Positions 31,309 to 46,192 of a stretch of 64,000 nt of DNA are shown here, piece after piece; position 1 is the first letter of the stretch; each line of letters opens with the position of its first letter. The stretch is from the human T2T-CHM13v2.0 reference genome, Homo sapiens. Position numbers and translations under genes: made by a program. Below the pieces are notes generated by a model. It worked only from the letters and a program-made list of their open reading frames with translations. It was not told the DNA's origin and made no database searches. The DNA lies in NCBI RefSeq assembly GCF_009914755.1, contig NC_060934.1; one strand, written 5' to 3'.

Positions 31309-32869
31309 CTGTGGAGAATGAGACTTTTAAGCCAGGCTGCCTCTTGAACTTGACAAATGTGAGTTTTTCTCACTTCGGAACTATCTCTGTGGGGCTGTGT
31401 GGACTGCTGTATGGATTGCTGTGAGGTCCACTCTTCTTGATAGAGAATGCTCAACACTGCCCACCCGAGAAGCTGCATGTCCTGTCTTGAATCCTCTTAA
31501 GTGAATCTGATGCCAACTAGACCCATTCTTTTTTGTGAATGAATGTGAAACTGAACCTAAAAAGATCTCCAGGTCTGCATTGCACCCATTCTCCTATACT
31601 GTTTTAAAATTGATTTTAAATGCTTGTGTATGACCATATACAGCATTTGAAATTGTGAAGATCAGAATCCTAAAATTATTATGTGTGTTTTAAATTTGAA
31701 AGCTATTTTCATTTTTATCTTTTTGTTTTGTTTTCACTACACATAGTGAAAACAAATAATTGCTATAGTCATCCAAATGTGGCATTTATATAGGATTTTT
31801 AGATGAATATCTCTTTAGATAAGTGCCATATTCTTCACTATAAAATGTCATATTAAACATGCCCCTGTTCTATGAGAATATTTATGTGGAGAGTATTTAT
31901 ATAGATGCAAACATAACATGACTTCTATTTTTTCTAAGAAATAATTTTAGGAAAAAAATCTCTCTTATGCTTTGATATAAATACACTTCTATTTATTTCT
32001 TGGCATAATTAGAAAGTGTTTATTTTTTCCAGGAAATGAGAGGTTTATTAAAAGATAATCACATTATTCACTAAAAAGAATATATATTTGACTTTTCAAA
32101 AGTAAATTTAAAAATTCCTTTTATACATCTATAAACATCTGTGGAAACTTCAACTCCATTTTCTGTTCTATAGTCTCTGGCATACACCACAAATATGAAA
32201 TAGCTTCACTCAAATGTACATTTTAATCTGCAATCTAAAATATTAATGTACAAAGACAAGGTGGAAGGTTAGTTACAGTGACTTTGTTTCAGACTTCTGA
32301 TAATACGAAAATGTGCAGACATTAAACTCATTTATAGTTTGTATTCATAATTAAGATTGTAAGAATTTTATTTAACTCTCTTCAGTGTTTTTCCTGATAT
32401 GGAGAGGTTTGGGTCATACTATATCTTTAGACACATGTGAGCTTCTGGGGCTGAATGGAAAATAAACTTGCTTGCTTAGAGTAGGAGGATGGGCAGGCAA
32501 AAAGAAGTTACAGCAATTTCTATTGGCTTACCAATGCTATTCATATATTGTTTTTATTATCTAGTTGGTTTGGGGTGAGTGGATGCTAGAGCACCTAGAA
32601 AAGGTCAGCTAATATAGTAAGTGACAACTGTTATTTTAAAAATTGTGTTGTGAAAATAGTCTAACTGTATTGATCATTCAGCTGCAGCGATGGCCATCCA
32701 GTGGACCATAAAGAAAAGTGTGTCATATTAAGGGGCGAGGCTTTAGATTTGGGCAGCATTGGTATTGGACAGAGCACTTCATTAAGTATTTGAAAAGAGA
32801 ATGTTTTCATGGGAAGAGATTTTGTGTCTAGTGATGTTTTGAGTTAGTCATGCGATGTGATTTTCTCAG

Positions 32870-33570
32870 ACAGTGATGCTACATGCAGTATTAAGTATTG
32901 AGGCAATGATAAAGACAAATCGGCCATAATCCTCACCACTGAGTGGTTTGCTATTGAAGGAGATACATGCACAAATGAACAAGGCATTTTTAGAGCACAA
33001 CTGTGGAGTTGATTACTTCTACTTAATAGGAAGTCTTCTGAGAGGAGGTGGAATCCAGGGTTTATTAATGAAAGATCAGGCAAATAATTCACATGAATTC
33101 TAAGCATCATTCCAAGATATACCTGAAAATCTCATACAGCTGTTACTGAGAAGAAAATCTTTTACAACAGACAACACTTTTAACCCCCATAAAGATCTTT
33201 GTAAAGAAAGAAACTCCTTCAGGTATTCATTTTTTCAGCAAATATTTGGTCAACTAATATGTGCCAGGGACTACTATAAGTGTTGGAGATTTAGTGGAGA
33301 ACATGGTAAGCACTCTGTCCTCATGCAACTTATATTCTAATGGGAGAGACAGATGATAATTGGCAAGAAAAAAATGAATCATGATAAAATTCCAGATTCT
33401 GATGAATAAAATGAGTAAGAGAAGGCAGGGTAAATAGTTGAGGTCTACTTTAGCTAGAATAATCAGGGAACCCCCTTGGAAGAGAAGTCATTTGTAAATG
33501 AGCCTGAATCAGATGAGGAGACAGTCAAGTGAGGTCATGGGAAAGAGTGTTCCAAGTAGTGTGAACAACA
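32870..33570 (-). mobile_element. L2 fragments
   Basis: 'attcattttttcagcaaatatttggtcaactaatatgtgccaggga...tgtcctcatgcaacttatattctaatgggagagacaga'. Confidence 0.75.
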
Positions 33571-34766
33571 CATTTAATGGTGTACTTACACTGCCTGACT
33601 TTCTACTTTTGTGCTGATAGTTTTGAACTTTTAACTTTGGAATCAATTAACCTTAAAACTTTAGATACTTCTTCTAAAAAGTTTTTTCCTAAGGCTTCTT
33701 TTCTTTTGGACTGGCAGCTCTTATACAAACAAAGTCATTTCTCTTTTGCACTAATTATCCTCTGTCTCTTAATCACTGACTAATTACCTCTATTTGAAAC
33801 AGATTTTTTCAGTGTTCATGAAGAAGTCAGTGGGAGTGCTGTATGAATTAAATGTGCTGTTTCTTAGAGCATAACATAGCAACAGAAGAATTCAAGAAAT
33901 GTCTGGCTTTCTTTTGTCCAAACTCAGCTATTTTGACAATTTTGCATATTATTATTCATTTCTGACTGATTCCACATTGAAACCACTAGAATAATTACAT
34001 TAAAATAATTCACCTTATTTTGAAGCATGAATTTAATATTGTTTTTAAACCTAAAGGTGGTTATCTGTGATTTTCACAAGTTAGAGAACCAACAAGCTAG
34101 GAAATAAGAGATCATATCTATATTATAGGAAAATAAATGGGACTTTGTGAAAGTGTTTTTTTTTCTTATTAGAGGGAGGAATTGAACATTGAAAGTTATA
34201 CTTTTCAATAATTATATTGTTTATATTTAATCATAGATTTTTTAAAATGTTCGAAGTAAATATGTGAATGTTTTAGATAAACAGATACTTAGCCTATAAA
34301 TAATTAAAATATGTATCTGTAAGGACTGCTATTCTAACAAAATATTAAATCAAATATAAGTAAGACACATAGCCATAGTCCTAATCATAAAATTATGAAA
34401 CCAAAATGTATGAGTGGGAAAATATATGGAATCATCTAATAAAAATGTTTTCAATATAATGATTTCTTTACCTAATTTTCTCCTACCTTACCAGTCCGAA
34501 AAGACATTTTGGATTCCTCAAAGTGTCTAGGTCAGATCAAGGCTGAAATTCTAATAGGTTGATCTGTGCGGTTATTTAATACCATCCATAAATCCTTTGT
34601 GTGTTCAAGGAGACAGGCTAACAATACTACTTCAGAAACTGAAAACTGCTTAAATTAGATGGGAGGTTCAGGAGTTGTTAGAACAGCTACCCTGTTACAT
34701 TCCCAGAAGTCTTATAGGATGTTTCCTGAACATTGTTCACATTGGCAATTCATTTGTAAAAATATG

Positions 34767-34898
34767 TTTTGTTTGTTTTATAGAGGTGGGGTCTCACTAT
34801 GTTGCCCAGGCTGGTCTCGAACTTCTGAGCTCAAGCCATCCACCTGTCTCAGTGTCCCAAAGTGCAGGAATTACAGATGTGAGCCACTGTGCCTGGCC
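34767..34898 (-). mobile_element. FLAM_C-like Alu monomer
   Basis: Left-monomer only, 'ggtctcactatgttgcccaggctggtctcgaac'; TSD-like aaaatmtstttt. Confidence 0.9.
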
Positions 34899-35199
34899 AA
34901 AATCTCTTTTTGATGGAAGAGAAATCTCAGAGGAGAGCCCTGGTAAGAGAGGCAATTGGAATTTAAAAGCCAATTGCCTCAAGTAAGGAAAACAGTATGA
35001 CAGACTGGGTCAGGCTCAGCATCATTGCGTGGAAGGTGCTGTCAACACAGGGCAAGAAATTGTGCTCAACTATGCCCTCCCTGGCCACTCCAGTAATCAC
35101 ATGATTGAATATGCTCTTGTGCAAGCTGTAAGCCATTTCTATTTTGGGGAAAGGAGAAGTTTCAAGTATAGAGGAACACATTCTGTCATTAAAAGCTCT

Positions 35200-35740
35200 G
35201 CCTGTTAGAAACGCTATTGGCACTAAACAATAGAAAAATTAGACGAACAAGAAATGAATTAGTCTCAAACAATAAGGAGTCTAGAGTTACATAGTCCAAG
35301 ACTAATGCAATGGCTCATTGATATGTTTAGGAAGCCAGGATCTTTCCATCTTTTTTGTACTTCATCCTAAGAATATATAATTTTGTTTTTATGCTTTTGG
35401 TCTCATGGTAGCAACAAGACCATTGTACCTCCTGAATCTCATCTAATTTCAAACAAAAAGAATGAAGAAGAGAAAAAAAGCTGAAGGCTGAATTCTTTCC
35501 TGAAAGCTCCACCCACTGGGGATGGATTGCAATTTTCTTGTAATCTTTCTTTCCTTAAAGCTCCACCCATTGGAAATTTCAAAGTACATCTATAGGCTCT
35601 GAACAGGGTCATTTGGTCACAGGAACACCCTTAGCGATAAAGGAGTATTTGGTGTTCAGTTTAGTTGTGTATTTTCCTGTTCTGTTATTAAGGAAAAAAT
35701 TGAGAAAGGATTTTGGATAAGCATTGAGTGATATTTTTTG
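35200..35740 (-). mobile_element. Old MaLR LTR (MLT1J/K-like)
   Basis: 'ccaggatctttccatctt', 'ggtcacaggaacacccttagc', 'ttctgttattaaggaa'. Confidence 0.55.
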
Positions 35741-36504
35741 AAATGTGACCAGAAGCTCTACAGTTCTACAGTTCTTTGACAAAGCCAACTTGAGACACAG
35801 AAGGAAAGGCATTCCCCCACTGACTGAAGAGAGGTGTATTCAGGCTCAATGCTTTAGAGGAGTCATCAGCAGTATAGGTAATGGCAGTGGCCCAAGGGTT
35901 GTGATGATTAGCAGAGGTCCAGAGGTCCCAGACTGCAGTCAGACCAGAGATTGACCTTGGGTAATACAGTGACAATGAACAGTAGAGTCAAAAGGGGGCG
36001 TTGACAGTGGACATCAGGGCAGAGAGACAGCAAAGTGGAAGCTAATAACTCATTGGATGCGTGATCTTCTTCCATACTCACTCAGGTGTTCCAGAATAAA
36101 ATCATGCTAACTCAGGTTTCAGAGACTTGTGGGGGTGTAGAGTGAACATTCTCTTTTTTGAGAATTTTTAAGAATATCTTAAGAAGTAGATTCTAGGCAA
36201 ACACTTGTCTTTTAGCTAGTTGAGTGAAAGAAGGCTTGATGTGCTGATATCTGAGGTATTGCTAGAAATGTGGCATATTTGTATTAATTTACAGGTTGAT
36301 CCTAGGACATTCTATTTCATATAAAATAATAAATTATTTTATTAATTTAACAACTTTGTGTTTTGTTACTTTGCCTTTAATCTTTCATCAGTAATTTTTC
36401 CTTCATATCAAAGATGCTGATATTTTTCATATATAACAGTTATATTCCTAGCGAAGTAAACAAAACTAATATAATTAAAAAGAGATAAAGAGCCAAGCTC
36501 ACTA

Positions 36505-36740
36505 CTGTTACCATTAGCTAATATTTGTTGAGCAATTACCATATTCTCTGTATCTTGATAAACACTTTATATGTATTTTTATTTGATCCTTGGAACAACC
36601 CTGAGAAGTGTGTTTTATTAGTAACATTGCTTTACAGAGGTAAAAACTTAAGTTTTGAGAGACTAAGTAATATGCCACAGCTATGACTCTGCCAAAATAT
36701 GGACTTTGTATTTGAACCTAGGCATTCTGGTCCTGGTTAA
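36505..36740 (-). mobile_element. MIR
   Basis: 'agctaatatttgttgagc...acaaccctgagaagtg...tttacagaggtaaaaact...tttgaacctaggc'. Confidence 0.8.
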
Positions 36741-37499
36741 CTGCCTCCTAATATGGATGGTTAGCAATATGACTGTAAGTAAGACTTTTCTCCTACCGCT
36801 AATACCAGTGCCACATCTCCAGCAATTTGTAGCACAGGGCTGTTTGATTCTATTTCTTTGCAATTCTCTAACTCAGAGTCATTACTAGGCTCTCCATAAG
36901 CATAGCATTTTATTTTCTCCTCAACAGCTTATTACTGCTATTTAAAATTTTTATTAACTTGGTTAACACAACATCAAGCCATACCATTTCCTATATTTGA
37001 CTTACTGGTGTTTACAGCCAGGATAATTACTCAGAAGCAATATGGCTGGATTAAAAATATTTTGCTGAGTTTGAAAGTCAGTGTTTCATGTATAATATAT
37101 ACACTGTAACAGTATCTTTTAAAATAATTTTTTGCTTCGATTGCTACTGAGTTATGAGGGTTTTCTTCATTTTCTTTTTATTAAAAAATAACTTGAACAA
37201 ATATAAGGAGGACATTAAGTACTGCCTCAATGTAACTGTTATTGGCATGTTGGTTTTAGGACTTTTTTAAATATATGGAAGGGATGGGCATTTCATGCAT
37301 AATAATGTAATACAAAAAATCAGAGTTTCATTATTGGGACTTGATGTATGTATCTTTTGTCTGAAATCCCTATTTCTTCCTAGGCCTAAGTCACACACAG
37401 AGGCAGTTTTGTGAAATGCATTGTGCTTATGATATATGTGAAGCAGCTAGCACAGTGGATGAGCTAGCAAGTGCTGGGGAGAGAGATCGCCTTCCTTTA

Positions 37500-37700
37500 A
37501 TGACTGTTCAGCTTTTAATGGTGGTGTCACCTTGGACAAGTTTTGTAACCTCTTGTGTCTTCAACTGAGTTATTTGTAAAATAGGGATAAAAATAGTAAC
37601 TACCGAAAGGGTTATTGCAAAAGTTAAATTATTTAATCAATGTAGGACATTTGGAGGAATGTTAGGTACAAAAGCTATGCAATAAATTCTACCTATTATT
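37500..37700 (+). mobile_element. MIR
   Basis: 'gtcaccttggacaagtt...atttgtaaaatagggataaaatagtaactacc...agggttattg'. Confidence 0.8.
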
Positions 37701-38129
37701 ATACCAAGAAAACCCAATTTTGATCTTATAAAAACGGTTAACCTTTCTGCCTGTTGGGCCTTCCTGAGTGCATATCATAAATCAGGAAGAAATGATAGCC
37801 TTCGTGCTCCATACTGGCCTGTATTTCACCATGTATCCTTATGTTTTTCTTCAACTTAATTATTTAGGTAGAATGATACTTATAATCCAAAGTTCTCAAG
37901 ATCTTGCCTGATATGTGCTTGGATTGCATTACAATAAAAGCATAATGTGTTGAATCAAGATAAAGAAAAAGGTCTCTCAAAGGCAAATTAGATGAAGAGA
38001 GTTCAAGAATCTTGACTACAATCCTTAGGTATGGTTCACCTAATCTAAATATCCATCTTGGAGGAATTCTTTAAGCTGTTACTTTCTGAGATAAAAAGAT
38101 TGGATCCACACTCTGGAAAGTTAATATTG

Positions 38130-38600
38130 TATTGTGACTATGATTACAAGTGACAGAAGTCAATATAAGCTAAGCTGAAGGAAAAAAATAAATTATGTAG
38201 CATTGTTTGTTATATGAATATATCATCTTGCAGAACCAAAATTTGGCAGGAATGTACCTGGTCCTCACCAGAGACTACTAGGAGGAAGCAGGCAGCTTTC
38301 AGGAATTTAAGACACTCTCTCTCTTACTCTCAACTTGTGTTCTGCCCATCTACATCAGCTTAATTCTCCTTCCTCAGCAGACCAGCTTTCTCTGGATCGC
38401 TGGTCTGCTGGTGGGAGGACCCACAACAGAGAGGATAGATGATTACCCATGGTTTACAAATTTGCACACTATGTTCTGTACACATAGTGTAACTGTAATT
38501 CTGTCTCTTACCTTAATTCCAGGTTCCCAGATGAAGCATTCTGATTGGCACAGCTTGGTCAGAAGCCCACTGAGGAGGTCAAGGGACAGGGCCATAGTAG
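38130..38600 (-). mobile_element. Old MaLR LTR fragment (MLT1K/L-like)
   Basis: 'gattacaagtgacagaa', 'tctgattggcacagcttggtca'. Confidence 0.4.
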
Positions 38601-39244
38601 AGAGAAAAAAAAGTTAAGGCAGTTGTTTCAAATTAAATGAATGGCTCAACAAATTATATAAAAGTGATCTACTACACATATGCAAAACATTATAAAAATT
38701 TACCACCAGGTTTTGATACAATAATCTAATGGACCTTCTCATGATGGAATGGTGGAATATTTTAGCTTAAAAGAGCTAAGAAAATATCTTGAGTCAGTCT
38801 GGATTTTTTGACATTATTCAAGCTTTGCTTATTTCCTGTTTGCCTTGGGCTCCTCTTATTTTTTGCTGGGTTTTTTTTTTTTTTTACATCAGGGCTCCTA
38901 TGGTACAATTTGCAGGAAATTAATATTTTTTGTATACATGTTTGTTCAAATTTATTTTAAATACCATGTCTTTATCAACAATAATGCTATGGAGATTTTG
39001 CTCTAATCAAATTGACAAAATGCCCACCAGTAGTTACTTATCTGTAATATTTACAGCTCTCTCCAACTTCTTAATGTCATTCTGAATTCCTGATTTAAAC
39101 AAAATCTATTTGTATGACTCCGCTTCTTCTGCCTGTATCTTGACTCTTAATGTTCTTTGGCAGCTCTTTCTGAATTGAGCCTATGCTTCTACTAAAGGAA
39201 AAGTATTTGAAAATGTTTTGAGAAAAAGAACAGCTGCTCTTTCG

Positions 39245-39669
39245 TGTCTGTAGCAGTCAGGATACAGGCGAGGAGGAGATGACACACTCAAACTAGGTAA
39301 CTGAAGGCAAATAAAGGTATTATTTACACTGGAAGATGACAACCAGGAATGGTGCAGCATCTGATGGCAAAGAGGGTCAATATCACTTACAGGCTTGAAG
39401 TCAAAAGAGGAAGGAAGAGTTAGTGGAACCTGGAGAGAAAGCTCTATGAAGACCCCAGTGACCTGAGAGGAAGGGAGCCAGGGAATAAACAGAACTTTGC
39501 TCCCCTCCTGCACTATGATCTTCTGCTAGCACTATGATTTGATCCAATGGAACCCAGGTGGCAGGTGAGTCAGTTGATGCAGTTCATAGAGGCTGACGTT
39601 TGTTCAGGGGACAAAACAGTGGAGAAGGGGCAAAGGATCTGGAGGAGCAAGTGAAATATTTCCAGTCCA
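39245..39669 (-). mobile_element. ERVL-type solo LTR (LTR41/LTR33-like)
   Basis: 'gatgcagttcatagaggctgac...ggagaaggg...ggatctggaggagcaagtgaaatatttccag'. Confidence 0.55.
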
Positions 39670-40076
39670 GGATTGAAATGTAAAACCACGTGCACTCTTT
39701 TCCTTGTCATTTCTTCCCCCACAATATCTAAATTGTCAGAAACAGAAATCATGTTGTATTTAATACGTTACCTACACAAACAGATATTAGCCTCATTTGA
39801 TAAGTTTTATATACTACAAATGGTAATTATTACTTGATTATGTTGACTTTAGGCATCTGAATCTTCACATCTGAATGTAGATACATTACCTGGAAAGATC
39901 CTTTAACTTTAGGATACATGCAGTTGGCAAAACATGATGCTAAACCCACATTGTGTGCTCTTTGATAGGCACATAGTGTCATAACTTTGTGTCTCTAAAG
40001 TGAGGGCTCTGTGAATGGTCTCTTCTGCTTCAGCCCTGATTTTGCTCAGTCAACATTCTTTGATGAGGTAATAGCA

Positions 40077-40341
40077 GGATCATTGATAATATTCTTTTTT
40101 TAAAAAAATTTTATTATACTTTAAGTTTTAGGGTACACGTGCACAATGTGCAGGTTTGTTACATATGTATACATGTGCCATGTTGGTGTGCTGCACCCAT
40201 TAACTCGTCATTTAGCATTAGGTATATCTCCTAATGCTATCCCTCCCCCCTCCCCCCACCCCACAACAGTCCCCTGAGTGTGATGTTCCCCTTCCTGTGT
40301 CCATGTGTTTTCACTGTTCAATTCCCACCTATGAGTGAAAA
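40077..40341 (-). mobile_element. 5'-truncated L1PA3-like insertion (3'UTR only)
   Basis: L1PA 3' end reverse; perfect 16-bp TSD cattgataatattctt at 40061 and 40342. Confidence 0.95.
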
Positions 40342-41029
40342 CATTGATAATATTCTTGCTTCTCCCTAGTGGGAAGATTCAGTTTCTTTTTGGAGTTTAA
40401 GCTGAAAACAAATCTACATTACGCAGCACCATGAAACTTTTTGTGTAGTGTAGAAGGGTGTTGCTATTTAATCAATTCAAGCCCATAGTGTTTCTATATA
40501 ATGCTATGAAATATCCATCCCCTGCTCTCTCCATCTTAACCAATTAAGGAGTTCACCGGAGGTCCTATTTAATCAGTTATGCTGAACACTATCGGAGCTA
40601 TGCAAGCTCTTGCAACAGAGCATAAATTCAGGTAGGCAAGGAGATGCATTTTCAGGAGTGTTCTGGTGTTTATTTCTTTGGTTTATTATGGGTCACGACC
40701 TGCAGTTATGACCATATTATCACAATAAGAATAATTTCAGGGGCCCCAACTGGGGGGTAGATAGTTGGGAATCTCCAGGAATTATGAATAGCATATTCTA
40801 TTCTGCAGTCTTCTGTTATTTTGTTATTAATTGGTGGTTACTGACTTCCTATTGTTAGAAGAAACTCATGCTATATGCTGGTCTTGTTCTCTTAAGAAGA
40901 AAGTGAGTGGACTCTTCATCATAAGATCACAGTTCCATTTTTCATGAGCTGCTGGCTACATAAATTATTTTGGGATGTTTCCCATGACAGGCACATTTAG
41001 TGAATTAATCACATACAAAGGAAAGAAGT

Positions 41030-41510
41030 AACCTGCAATATTTTTCATAGATATGTAAGATAAAACAGAGAGAAGGTACGGAGATTTCTCCTGTACTCTG
41101 TGCCCCCATACATGTCCAGTCTTTGCTATTCGTTACATCCCTCACCAGAATAGTACATTTGCTACAATCGATGAACCTACACTGACTCATCATTATTATC
41201 CAAAGTCCATAGTTTACCTTAGGGTTCATTGTTGATGGTGTGTATTCTATGGATTTGGATAGATGTATCGTTTTATATATATATGTATGATAAATACGTA
41301 ATATATAATATAACATATTAATAATATATAATATATGTATTATAATACATACCATGATATTATTTAGAGTAGGTTTACTGCCCTAAAAACTCTCTGTGCT
41401 CCACCTGTGCATTCTCTCACCCCCAATCAGCTGGCAATCACTAATCTTTTTACTCTTTCCATAGTTGTTGCCTTTTCCAGAACGTTACATAGTTGGGGTC
41501 ATACATACTT
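41030..41510 (-). mobile_element. L1MC/L1MD 3'UTR with TA-rich expansion
   Basis: 'acaatcgatgaacctacactgactcatcatta...ccaaagtccatagtttac'. Confidence 0.8.
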
Positions 41511-41539
41511 TTCACACACAAAACACAAAAAACACTAAT

Positions 41540-44500
41540 CAAAAATTGAAACATTCTTACATTGGACTTCACCACCACCGAGAGCAACCCCTTTCTGATT
41601 TCTATCAGTCTGTATTTCTTTTTGTTTTAAATATATATGTAAGTTAATTATATGGTATATATTGTCTAGTGTCTGGCTTTTTTTGTTTAAATGTCTATGA
41701 AATTTATCTGTATTATCATGTGGCATGCATCTGCCACAACATCTTTTGATACATTCTCCTATTGATGGACATTTGAGTTATTTCCAGTTTGAAGCTATTG
41801 TGCCCATATTTATTTGTTTGTTAGTATTTTTGCTGTTGAATTGCAAGAATTATTAATATATTCAGTATACAACTGCTTTTTCAGACATATGTAAAGAGAA
41901 TATTTTTCCCACTATGTAGTTTTTACATATTGTTTTAATGTGGTTTCTTGAGAAAAAGAGTTTTTAAAGTGAAGTCAAATGTATAGATTGTAAAAATTTT
42001 TGATTAGTGTTTTTGTATTTGTTCAAATAAATCTTTAGGTCAGAATACTTTATTTTCCTCATAGTCCATAAAGCTTGTGGTGAGTTACAGTATTTTATTT
42101 GCTATCAGTTATTTATTTCTTCTGTCTTTTTTGTAATATGATAAATCTCTCTAGAGGTCTATGAATTCTATTAGGTTTATCAAAAACACTACTATTACTT
42201 CCATTGATTTTTCTCCATTATTTATCTATTTCTTTGAGTAATGAAATAATTCACTTCTATCTTTATTACTTCCTTTCTCCTACTGACTTTGGTTTTAATT
42301 TGCTTTTCTCTAGTTTCTTAGGGTGGGAGTTTAGATGGTAAATTTTTACCTCTTTTGTGGTTTCCAAGTATCTGAACTATAAGTATTTTCAAGCTATATA
42401 TGTTCCTTTAAGAAATATGTTCACTGTGTTCTCCACATTTTGTTGCATTTTATAATTCTTCAATTAATATGTTTTCCAATTTCTCACATGAATTCTTCTT
42501 TTATCCATGAGTTATTTGGAAGGCTGTGCTTTATTTTCCAAATAGTTGGAATGTCTACATATCTTATTGTTATTGATATCTAATTTAATACAGTTGTGAT
42601 CAGAGAATATACTCTCTATGATTTCAATTTTTTGATAATTATTGATACCTTTTATAGCTGAATATATACTTTACTTCGGAAAATATTTATGAGCACTTGA
42701 AAGAAGTATGCATTATGCAGTTAGTGGTGTGTAGTGATCTGCAAAGACAATTAGGTCTTTTAGGGCTAACTCTTCTTTATTTGTACCGATTTTAAAAAAT
42801 CAATTTCTCCTATCCATTACTGAAAGATATGTGCTATAATCTCTAACTATAAATGTAGAGTTTTCTACTTCTTTTAATTCAGTCAATTCTTGTATATTTT
42901 GAATTTCTGTTAGGGCATAGACATTTAGTCTTGCCATTTGTTCTTGATAGATTAATTCTAGTGTTATTATATGACACATCTTTCCATGTCTATGTCTTTA
43001 AGTCTATTTTGTCTTACATTAATGTAGCTAAGCCAGTTTTCTTCTACTTAATCTTTGTATTGCATAGGTTTTTCTGCCTTAATTTTTTAACGCATCAATG
43101 TCTAAATTCAAAGTGTCCTTATTTTAAAACATGCTTTCTAATACTTCAAGCGCACTTTAAACACACAGTTGGCTACTCTTAGATTTTAATTGAAAAGTTT
43201 GCTCCATTTACATTCAGTATAATAATTAATGTATTGGGTTCAAGTCTCCCAACTTGGTATTGATTGCATATTTATCGTATTTGTTTTGTTCATCTGTTCA
43301 GGTATTCTGTTATTTTCTTCGGTAAATTAAATATTATGAATATATTACTTTATATTCTATATTGATATTTTAACTAAACTTCTTTGTGTTATTTTTTCAG
43401 TAGTTGCTTCTGTCTTTAAGTTAGAGCATTAAATATTATTATACTACTGAATAGACATTTTAGAAACTTAGGGTAGCATGATTTTATTTACTCTCTTGCT
43501 CTATTCCTTCTTACAGAATTGGAGACCCACCTAGTGCTATTTTTTTCTTCAGACTAAGATTTTTTTGTTTTGTTTCGTTTTGTTTTAGTATTTCTTTAGT
43601 ACAGGTATATGAAGATGCATTCTCTCAACTTTTTTCATTCTAAGGTTGTCTTTATGTTGCTTTAATTTTTGAAAGATATATTCAATGGATGTAACATTTT
43701 AGATTGAAACTTTCTTTTCTCTAGCATTTTGAAGATTTATTTGTATTGCCTTGTCTTCTTGCCTCCATTATTTTAGTTAAGAAAGTCATCATGCATAATA
43801 CTTTGCCCTTGTGGATAGTGTGCCATTGTCCTCTGGGTGCTTTTAATGTTTACATTTTATCTTTGGTTTTTGGTGTTTTCATTATAATGTGCTTAGGTGT
43901 GCTTTTGTTTGTTGCTGTTTTTGGTGGGGCGTGTGGGGTCGCTATGTTACCCAGGCTGGAGTGCAGTGGCTTTTCACACCTGTGATCATAGCCACTGCAT
44001 CCTCAAACTCCTGGCCTCAAGTGATTCTCCCATGTCAGCCTTTCCAGTAAAGTGTAGTTTTCTTTTTATTTGCTCTGATTGAGGTTAAATAAGATTCTTG
44101 GATTTGAGGATTATCAGTGTTTTTAAGTTGGGAATTAGCTCTTCAAATATTTCTGCCACACCCTCTTTTTAATTTAGGTATTTTAATTAAAATGTTAGAT
44201 TATTTGAATTTGTACTACAAATCTCAAATCTGTATTTGGTACAACAAAAAAATAGATGACAATGGAGACTAAGATACATTATTTTTACCTTTAGAAAGTC
44301 AGACTGCTAAACTGGGAGCAAAAAAAAAAAGATGATCTGTAGTTTGCTGGTTTTTTGAAGTTTAAGTTTGATTTATTTCAACACTGGCTTCAAATGTTTT
44401 GAAAATGGGATCAGGACTTTCTGATACAGGCTTTAGGTTCTAAGCACTGCTGTGATTTCAGAGATCTGCTTGTGCTTCACAGAAAAACTGCCAATTTTTG

Positions 44501-44900
44501 GAACTGTGGGGTATCTCTCCATGCATTGTAACTCAGCATCCAGGTTTTTTATTTGCTGAGATGTTCTCTTTGCTCTCCCATCTTGTTCCCTATGTTCCAT
44601 GCCTCAGACTTCTCTTTAGCACTGTTGTGACTTCGTCTAAATTGAGCAGGTAGTGGCCCTGTAGCTTGTAAAAGCCTCGAATGCCTTTGTCTTGGCTCAC
44701 ATCCCCTAACCTCTCAGTCTTTGTAGTTGAAAGCCTGAATTTTTTCAAGGAGTTTCACTCTTACCTGCTGTGGGCCTCCCAAAATTGAGTGCTCAGAATG
44801 CCTTTAATGAATATTCTTGAACTCTCCTCTCCTGTAACCCCTTGCTTCTGAGGGGTGCTTGTGCTTGGTGGAACCTCCATGTACTCTGGAGGAGTGTCTC
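41540..44900 (-). mobile_element. Ancient L1M fragments
   Basis: T-rich ORF2/ORF1 antisense remnants ('gatcagagaatatactctctatgatttcaat'). Confidence 0.65.
43935..44050 (-). mobile_element. Alu monomer fragment (FAM/AluJ-like)
   Basis: 'ggggtcgctatgttacccaggctggagtgcagtggc...actcctggcctcaagtgattctccc'. Confidence 0.75.
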
Positions 44901-45667
44901 TTGGTTATCAATCTTAGCCCTCATTTTTAAAAACAGTTTTACTGACATATGAGTGAAATGTATGTGACATACACTAAAACAAACATCTTTAAAGTATGTA
45001 ATTTGGTAAGCTTTGATATATGTATACAGTACCACAACCATCACCATCACTACCACCACCAAGACAATGAACATTCTGTTACTCCCAACAGTTTCCTTGT
45101 ACCCCTTGGTATTTCCTACCTTGTGCCTTTTCTTTCTCCACTATCCCTGTGTCCAAACAACTACTGATCTACTGTTTTTATGCATCACTATAGATTAGCT
45201 TATATTTTGTAAAAATTTATGTACATGAAATTACACAATATGTACTCTTTTTATTTCATGGAATCTGGCCTCTCACTCAATAAAATTGTTTTAAGATTTA
45301 TTCATGTTATTCCATATATAAATAGTATTTTAATTTTAATTGTGATTAGTATTCATTTTATCCATTAAGCTGCTGCTAGACATTCTGTTTTTTTCCAGCT
45401 TTTGGTTACCACAATAAATCTGCTCTGAATATTTTTTTCTAGACATACTGTCATTTTATTGGGTGTATATATAGGACTGGAATGTCTGAGTCATTTGGTG
45501 TGTGCATGTTTACCTTTTTAGGAAAGTTCTAAATTATTTTCCAAATTGGTTGTACCATTACATTTCTACCGTCAGTGTATGAGAGTCCCTGTTCCTTCAC
45601 ATCCCCAACAACATGTTGTATTGTTGGTCTTTTTAATTTTAGTTAATCTAATGGTTAGTTAAGGTAG

Positions 45668-46063
<396 letters not shown>

Positions 46064-46192
46064 TGTGGTGTTCATTTCTTATTGCTAGGTTTTGAGAGTC
46101 ATATATTCTGAAAAACAGTAATTTAGCAGGTAAGTGATTTGAAAACATTTTCTTCAGATGTATGCCTTATTTTTTTATTTTCTTAAGAGTGT

